Shown here: positions 36,666-44,588 of the stretch, one piece after another
How positions within the stretch are numbered: the stretch's first letter is position 1
How the letters are laid out: every line of letters starts with the position of its first letter
From: Phoronis australis
Lineage: Eukaryota; Animalia; Phoronida
Length of the DNA stretch: 44,588 nt
Assembly: GCA_002633005.1 (NCBI GenBank)
Contig: NMRA01001087.1
Coordinates: 13,441-58,028 of the forward strand
Reading direction: 5' to 3'
Program-made: the position numbers and the translations under genes
The notes under the pieces: model-generated
Told to the model about the DNA's origin: nothing
Seen by the model: the letters and a program-made list of their open reading frames with translations, nothing else
The model's database searches: none

Positions 36666-37870
36666 CTGCAAACAAAAATTACATGTACAATGTCACGATT
36701 ATTTTCGTCGTTCTTAGTGGCATTAGCATTCAAAACGGTATTAAATTAACATATATTAGAAGTTTCTCTTATATTCACCCGATCAGCTGGAGACAGCGCA
36801 TCATCTTACCCTTTGTGTTGGCAAAGCAACAAACTTAATCTTGTGGAATTAATTACAGTGTTCTACTTTTTAGCAAAGGAACAAATGAAATACTCTGATG
36901 AATACCTTGCTATTGCCAGAATTACTTTGGTTTTCTGAAGCCGATTTCCCATTGAAGCTTTATTCGGTTTAACATTACTGATAGCAAGTGTCCTAAATTC
37001 TTTGGGAAAGGTCACTTACTACTAACCTTAGAACTCTGCTCTAATTCTACGAAAGCGGTATCAAATTTACGTGTACTCCTCTTCAAGAGATGGGGTTAGC
37101 GACCGGTATTAAATTTGGTCTATCGACGTAAGTCAGTGGGAAAACTGAACCCAACAGGATAAATATCGACTCGGCTTGACAAGAGGTCGCGTGGGCGTGT
37201 ACAGCTAACCCCCATTAGCTTTTATTCAATCTCGATCTTCGGATCACGTTAGTTTTGTTTTTTCTTCCTCTACTTGGTTAATTCCAAGAGCTACATTTAA
37301 GAACTCGTTAGAAAACATCAACACCAGTACGTCTGTTTACCGGAATTGTTTGTTTCCGCCGGTCCGGACCAGCAAAGTATTTTAACACTTGAACGCTGAA
37401 CCGAATTATAGTTTGCAAAAACAGAAATTCTCGCAGCTAGACTCGGGTTCACAAGCTTTAATAATAGAAAACGTGTGCATAGTTCACATGTGAGGTTTGG
37501 CATTCCCGGGCTAGAGTTCTATGCCGTTGCTTACCTAAATTATCAGGACGTATGTAACGTTGGTCCTTGATTCCGGTTTATCCTGTGGGAAACCACTTTA
37601 CAAGACCGCGCTATTCCCATGTCATAAACATTTTAAACAGCGCGTTTAGGAATATTGAAGTTTTACAGGCTCAGTTTACATTGACCTATGTGCGAAAAGA
37701 GGGGGTGTTCTTGTAAAAGATTCGATGAGAAGTTTGGTCGATGTCCAGAATTAGTCTAAGCCAGTGGCCCAAGACAAAGCTCAGACATTTGATCTTAGGC
37801 CATTTCTGAAAAAATAGTTGAACACCACTTGAACAAACTATAACGCTTTTGAAAATGTATAAACCATTGC

Positions 37871-37968
37871 TAATAATAATGATACTAATAATAATAATAA
37901 TAATAATAACAATAATAATAATGACAATAATAATAATGACAATAATAATAATGATGATAATGATGATG

Positions 37969-38005
<37 letters not shown>

Positions 38006-38165
38006 TAATAACAAAAAAATAATAATAATAATAATAATGATAATAATAACAATTATAATAATAATAATGATAATGATAATAATAATAATAACAAAAATAA
38101 TAATAATAATAATAATAACAAAAATAATAATAATAATAATGATAATGATAATAACAAAAATAATA

Positions 38166-38196
<31 letters not shown>

Positions 38197-38320
38197 CAAA
38201 AATAATAATAATGATAATGATAATGATAATAACAAAAATAATAATAATAATGATAATAATAATAACAAAAATAATAATAATGATAATGATAATAATAATA
38301 ACAAAAATAATAATAATAAC
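37871..38320. repeat. (AAT)n microsatellite with GAT/AAC variants
   Basis: About 450 bp of aataataat with a recurring aacaaaa interruption. Confidence 0.97.
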
Positions 38321-38399
38321 ATTAAAAATTATTTACAGAGGATAAAGTAAAGATATGCTTTAGCAAAAGGCTAATATACAGACTGACCAGAAAAATCTT

Positions 38400-39570
38400 G
38401 AGGAAAGAGTCAAAGTGAAAGACAAAACGCATAGCTTCATCAGTGACACGGCTTCCCCCATAACTTTTACTGTTGAAGATATCAAATCTACACTGTCAAG
38501 ATCAAAGAACACGGCACCGGGTTCTGATCAAATCGATTAAAACATGCTAGGCAGTCTGTCTGACCAGGAGCTACAAGATTTGGCCAATATGTACAATGAG
38601 AGCCTAAGCATGGGAGAGGTTCCGCAAGATTGGCTACATAGTAATCTGGCGGTGATACCAAAACCAGGCGGGGATCACACGAAGCTAAATGGTTATAGAG
38701 TGATCACAATGCAAAATACCGTTGGTAAATTGATGGAGAAAATGGTGGTACACATCATTGCATACAATCTTGAGGTCTTGGGGGAATTACGTGCAACTCT
38801 TGGTAGCTACAGAAGAGGAAAAAATACATGGGCAAACGCCGCAATTTTTGCCTATGACACTTTTGAGGCATTACAGAGGAAGGAGGAAACTATAGCAGTG
38901 GCAATTGATCTTGAAGACGCCTATAACCGGGTAACATACGAAAAACTTATGAATCTGCAGGTCGATTGTCAGCTGGATCTGCATCTCATTTACTGGGTGG
39001 CAAGCGCACCAATGAAATGCACGGTTGCGCTACGATTGCAGCAGTGGGTGTCGAATCCCGTTACAGGAACTCCTGGACTTCCAAGGATCACCACTGTCAC
39101 CAGTATTGTACAACATCTACACGAGTCGGCGTGCCAGTATGACTATACCGGGGGGGAAGAATACTAACTTTCGCAGATGATGTCCTTATATATACAGCAG
39201 GCACCTACAGAGATGACATGGTTGAGGTTACGGGAAAGGCTCTGAAGGAGGTCAATGAATGGTGTGATGAATATAATGCAGTTGTGAACCCCTCTACGGC
39301 AGCAGCGCTCTGGTGTTCTCTGGGTAACCACAAAGTACGCAAAGACCTGACTCAAGTGAGAATAGGGGGGAGGATGTGGAAAGAGTGCCTGGCCTCAAGT
39401 ACCTGGGGATAACGTTTGACAGAACGCTGAGTTACAAAGAGCACGTGAACCACCTAATTAAGCGGTGCGCACATGGACTAGCTGCATTAAAGACCATGGT
39501 TACCTGTAGAGTAGAACAACGCCAGCTATTGATTTTCTTCAAGGCGATAGTATTGTCAGTCATTGATTAC
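38400..39570 (+). mobile_element. Non-LTR retrotransposon (LINE) RT relic, possibly I/Ingi group
   Basis: TAPGSDQI(D*)NML, IPKPG, YRVITMQNTVGKLMEK, AIDLEDAYNRV, GLP/GSPLSPVLYNIY, TFADDV, KYLGITFDRTLSYKEHV. In-frame stop at 38538 and several frameshifts. Confidence 0.9.
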
Positions 39571-40110
39571 GGTTTGATTTGGGCTCTAGTTTTTCAGAAC
39601 GAAGCCTTCAAAAATCAAGAGTACGGCGGTTTTTGCTCAAAATGTTCTAAAAATGAATACTTAAAATACTAAGACCTATTTCAAAAATCTGATACACTAT
39701 TCCTTCGAAGACACCGTTATCAACATAATTACAAAAGACTGGAAGAGCAATATTTCGGAAGTCTACAGTATGTTTATAGTATAAAAATACCAAAAAATGC
39801 AAATTTTGTGAAATAATAAAGACAAGTAAATCAGAAAATATATATTTTGTAGGGGTTACAGCTAACAGAGTTCAACTTCCACACCAGTACAATCTGGTAA
39901 ACAAGGTTGAGTTAGAAAAATATATTCGGGACGGTGTCTGGCGATGGCACGTTAGTTAACGGTCACTTCACTGCAACATCGTTTGGTATAGTGTTAAACA
40001 TCTCTAAATGTTAACTTTCGAAATTCTGAGCTTATACAAGCTTCTTGTATGTTTTCCATACATACAAAACTGAGAGGGGCATACGTGTACGCGCAATTGG
40101 AGTTCTCCGT

Positions 40111-41960
40111 GGATTGCTCTAAAACCTCCTCACCCCCTGCACACCTCGACCCCCTCGACCCACGACCCCTCGACCCTCAACACCTTCGACCCACGACATG
40201 TGGCAATTGAGATAATTTTGCGCTTTTCACTTTTTTCATAATCTTTTAAATCGCCGAGTGACTTTCCTTGAAGACTTAATTGCTCTGGTAGAACAGAGAG
40301 GTCGACGATCATTGGTCAAGCAGAGTTTCGCGAAAAAAAAAGCGACAGAAAAGTACATCCACGTAAGAAAATCGATGTTTTTTATTAAAAAGCTCCGAAC
40401 AACTGCTGAAGTGTTGTCTGAGAAAAAATCAGTATAATTATCACTTTAACGTTGGAAATTTCATCATGATTCGTGCTTGCTTCATTATCAACGATGTTTC
40501 CTCTTTACTGCAATTATTCAGTGTCAGGTATGGAACTGTTGTATTTTACGCCTTTTAGCAAATAATCTTGCATGGGCGATGTACCATAGGGGCTGGTTGC
40601 TATAGCAATCACTTATTTCAGTGCTGCACAGCCCGCGTCTTAACGTAATAAATTCGATTATTGAGTTTTGTTGCTAGAGACATTGTTACAGCAAACGGAC
40701 ACATTGCTGTACCCTCTGACTGCAGTGCAGGTGTCGTGGAGACAGATTGCGAGGCAGCTCGCATGCCAATTTCCGGATAGTTTTAAGCCCCTACATCCAT
40801 GGAACCCCTCGACCCAGGATCCTCTCGACCCAAGACCTGGGGCAATAGAGGTATTTTTGCGCTTTTTACAAACTTCGTAATCTTATCAAGTCGCGGAGTG
40901 ACTTTCCCATAAAACATAGATACCTACACGCCAGTCTGTTCTTGCTCAAGTCTGGTGATAATAACAGAAAGTGGCGTGAGAACGTGATCTAAGCTATCGT
41001 ATTGTGAGCGCGACATCGTTGTCACGGAAATAGTTCCACGAGCGGCTGCCAATCGCCCCGTTATACTTAACTCAGGGAGAGGGTCCACTAAATAAACGTG
41101 AATGTACATAAATTCACGTTTTTTATTATTTGTTTTCTGTTTTATACTCGTTTACAGTATTTTCCATATAACGTTTAAACACTTTTTAGTTAACTGTTTG
41201 TTTTTTTAAAACTGTACTTACCGATGAAATTAAAGTATTGTCGGTCCGCAAAAAACGTTGAATCTGCCATTCACTAAAGAGCAGACGAGACGATTACACT
41301 CTGCCAGGAACGACATTTGTAACATTGGTAGGTTTTTGATTTGATTTAGTCGCGTTGTTTTTTTCCTGTTTCTGACTTTCAAACTTACCTAATCTATTAT
41401 CGTAATTGCAAAAAACTGGGAAAAGCCAGCTGAGCTCCCGGCCCAACTCATTGGTCCTGCAAGTTATTGGTCCTGCAAGTCAATACTTGTTCTATGTTCA
41501 GATCTAGTCGAACATGTGTATTCTGTTTCGAGGGGTTCGTGGGTCGTGGGTAGAGGTGGTCGTGGGGTGAAGTGGTCGAGGGAGTTTTAGAAGTTTCCTA
41601 AATTTCCCTACCCGCTGTAGTGACGCTCTGAACCGAAAAACTGAAAAATGTGAATTCCTGCTCTGCTATGGGACAAAAGGGGCATCGGCCTGTTTTCAGA
41701 GGTGCGTCTGCCGTTTTTCTCAGAAAAGGTGCGTTGTTCCTGGTTCTATATATACGCCTTGTCTATCGTGCGTTTGAAACCTATGGCTGTCTGCTGCTAG
41801 TTGTGCCGGTGTGTACAGCTGTACAGATCCAGCGAAGCCGAACGTGAATCGATAACCTGGCGGAGCCAAACCCGGCTTTGTGTCGAGGGGGTTGTGGATC
41901 AAGGAGGTCGTGGGTCGTGGTTCGAGGGGTTTATGGGTCGAGGGGGTTTTATAACAATCC
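40111..41960. mobile_element. Mutator-like (MULE) non-autonomous element with perfect 9-bp TSD
   Basis: gttctccgt|ggattgctctaaaacc ... ggttttataacaatcc|gttctccgt. Inverted ctcgacccacgac subterminal arrays at both ends. Confidence 0.88.
40775..41598. mobile_element. Related MULE-like MITE nested inside 40111-41960
   Basis: ccaatttcc|ggatagttttaagcccc ... ggagttttagaagtttcc|taaatttcc (7/9 TSD match). Same subterminal motif. Confidence 0.72.
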
Positions 41961-42656
41961 GTTCTCCGTTCGTTCGAAAGTACTTGTAAATATAAAACGT
42001 ACAACCAGCGCAGCAACAGAAGAGCTTCATATTTCCAAAGCATAAGAAAAGCCGACGCAACCGTTCACGACTACGTAAGAACATTATCGAACAAAAGACA
42101 GTCCACAAGGGAATTCTGTACATCTTGGAGTCAAACAACTCAATGCCCAAGAGCTTAAAGCTGTTCTGATGACTTGCTCACTGTGTAGTCGATCGTTGTT
42201 CGTCGCGTTGCCCTGACTTGCTGCTGTCCCAATTCTTCGACACTTTTTTCCCATTTGCTTGCTGGTGTTCATACGTAAAAGTGAAACGTTACGTCTGTTT
42301 TTTGAAATATGAAGCTTTTAAAAAGCTGCGCCTGTTGCACAAGTTTTGACCAAGAACTAAAACAAACAACTTCTAAGATGCCTGCAAAAATTGAAAGACA
42401 CTGTTTAAATGAGCGTGTGCAGTCAATTTTTGTATGAAGGTTCCCTTTTGTGTTTACAAGAGCTGCCCAAGGGAAAATGCAGATGGTTGAGGGTAAATCT
42501 AGTCAAGGTCCTGGTGAGGCAACATTAGTGATTCCAGTCAACATCTACGTGTATGTGCAGGTAATCCATTCAAGAGAGTTGTATGTAGAGGTATGAGAGT
42601 GTTGAAATGTGTGATATTCTGAAATGTCGTATGGTGTCATTCCAGCGAACACTTAC

Positions 42657-42698
42657 CAGGGCCAGGAGAAATAGTCGTCGTGGGTCTAGCTGTCGTTC
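42657..42698 (-). CDS. Exon B: 42-nt Thr/Pro-rich linker
   Basis: ttttttgcag|GAACG...CCCTG|gtaagt, strong splice sites. Phase 1-1. Encodes (G)TTARPTTTISPGP. The exon is symmetric, so frame alone does not require it. Confidence 0.72.
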
Positions 42699-43186
42699 CT
42701 GCAAAAAATGTCGAAGTTTTCAAAACAGTCGAAATTCCAAAGAATTCAAGATTTTTTTGTTTGGCAATTGTCCAGCACAAGTGCGCACGCTGCCGTTTTA
42801 ATTCTGTTTATTTCTCCAAGAATTTCTGGAAATTCGATTGCACCTCTGGTTACCTACGTTTTTGGACAATGGAAGACAGAACATTGGATGAGATTTAAGT
42901 TGTTTGTTTTGGAAACAATCACTACGTAACTAACAACAATAAGAGAAAATCCAATTCATTCATCGACAAAGACGTGTTGCAATTTATTATTAATTAACAC
43001 CGAAACTGCGGAACATTGGTACCTAAAACAATTGGTGCATCCTAAAGTGCGATAGGGTAACTTGAAAACTCTACCATGCAGATCTGGAACACGCGTTTTT
43101 TGTATTTTAGACCGGGGTTGTTGGTATTTGAAGGAAAATTACGAGTACGTGTACCTGTTCCAGAGCATGTCTGATCAGTGACTCAC

Positions 43187-43338
43187 CTAGAGCACCAACT
43201 GCTTTGGCAGTGAATTTGAATCCCTTTCTGGTACTCGCGCGGGTGTCCTTGGTGTCAAATATAACCATCATCTCAGTAGAGTTGTGGTCCATGAAAGTAT
43301 TAACATCTGTTGGTAAGCTGCCAAGTTTGCCGCAATAC
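43187..43338 (-). CDS. Exon A (first visible exon) of CUB-MAM-MAM gene: C-terminal half of a CUB domain
   Basis: tttgacag|G...CTAG|gtgagt. 152 nt, phase 2 to 1. Translates YCGKLGSLPTDVNTFMDHNSTEMMVIFDTKDTRASTRKGFKFTAKAVGAL, matching the CUB pattern YCG..P....S..m.V.F.tD....kGF. Confidence 0.9.
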
Positions 43339-43942
43339 CTGTCAAATAGAGTTAGATTGTGGTAAAATTCGATATTCAGTCAGTAAACAAGTACATGTAT
43401 GTTTTACTCCCCGTGTGATTATAGCACTATTTCTACAGTGAAACAAAATTGAAGAGTGGCCTGCTTTTAACTTAAAACGGTTCAGTTTTGGACGGGATGG
43501 CCAAACTTGAGGCTGTTAGACATTCATTAAACTTGTTGACGCTCTAAATGATAAGTAGTATAGAAATATTTCAGACATTCCTTGTGATTTTCTGGACCAG
43601 TTTCATAAATTGCATGTTGTTACATGTAAGTAACAAAACCAGAAGTGTTCTTCTTACTACACGTAGGTCTGTTATAGCAAAAGAGACATGGCGGGCTTTA
43701 CCTGTGGTAAGGGCGTTTTGCCGTTAATGGAAGGAGTAAACTTCTTGTGCTGAAGTCTAGCCTTACACTTACGAAGTACGCATGAAATACTGTCATTTAT
43801 CGAGCGAGGTTCGATTTACCTAAAAAAGTTTAGGACTTTGACCGTTGCGCTTTTTAGTTTGATTCCGCGATGTGGCTAATCTCAGATAACAGCTATTTTC
43901 GCACATAATGGCAATTTCACTGCATAAAGCTGATACATACAN

Positions 43943-44588
43943 TGGCAATTGAGATAATTTTGCGCTTTTCACTTTTTTCATAATCTTTTAAATCGCCGAG
44001 TGACTTTCCTTGAAGACTTAATTGCTCTGGTAGAACAGAGAGGTCGACGATCATTGGTCAAGCAGAGTTTCGCGAAAAAAAAAGCGACAGAAAAGTACAT
44101 CCACGTAAGAAAATCGATGTTTTTTATTAAAAAGCTCCGAACAACTGCTGAAGTGTTGTCTGAGAAAAAATCAGTATAATTATCACTTTAACGTTGGAAA
44201 TTTCATCATGATTCGTGCTTGCTTCATTATCAACGATGTTTCCTCTTTACTGCAATTATTCAGTGTCAGGTATGGAACTGTTGTATTTTACGCCTTTTAG
44301 CAAATAATCTTGCATGGGCGATGTACCATAGGGGCTGGTTGCTATAGCAATCACTTATTTCAGTGCTGCACAGCCCGCGTCTTAACGTAATAAATTCGAT
44401 TATTGAGTTTTGTTGCTAGAGACATTGTTACAGCAAACGGACACATTGCTGTACCCTCTGACTGCAGTGCAGGTGTCGTGGAGACAGATTGCGAGGCAGC
44501 TCGCATGCCAATTTCCGGATAGTTTTAAGCCCCTACATCCATGGAACCCCTCGACCCAGGATCCTCTCGACCCAAGACCTGGGGCAAT
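43943..44588 (+). repeat. Apparently identical copy of 40201-40846, starting right after a single N
   Basis: No differences seen by eye over 646 bp. N at 43942. Confidence 0.92.

Noticed and set aside
38037-38345. Ile-rich and Leu-rich hydrophobic ORFs
   Set aside because: Translations of the (AAT)n microsatellite.
38544-39167. Intact RT gene, or retron/DGR-like system
   Set aside because: The motifs are non-LTR retrotransposon type. The frame is broken by a stop and frameshifts before FADD, and there is no accessory RNA or template repeat.
43702-43749. Next upstream exon of the CUB domain
   Set aside because: It has ag/gt borders, but the phase-compatible frame (TRSLLLPLTAKRPYH) does not resemble CUB.

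Overview
This is AT-rich eukaryotic genomic DNA, probably from a marine invertebrate (inferred from intron style, transposon families and a TACATGTA excess). It is not prokaryotic, and almost all ORFs in the supplied track are spurious. One real gene is present on the minus strand. Nine phase-compatible GT-AG exons (43338 down to 19805) encode the C-terminal ~390 aa of a probably secreted protein: end of a CUB domain, Thr/Pro linker, MAM, MAM, stop, followed by AATAAA. Its 5' exons are not visible here. The rest is dense, often nested transposon debris: a Gmr1-like gypsy relic (INT before RT-RH), a LINE RT relic, a DIRS/Ngaro RT relic, an ISL2EU-like element with THAP and SAP remnants, a TTAA-flanked Kolobok-like element, nested Mutator-like MITEs, a Harbinger MITE, MITEs with 6-bp TSDs, and satellites. 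The most unusual observations are a 10-copy array of the gene's own 5' splice site, an asymmetric cysteine pattern in the two MAM domains, and a tandem unit combining a tRNA-like head with a long hairpin. I see no convincing evidence of a wholly new multi-gene system. All calls were made by eye without searches.
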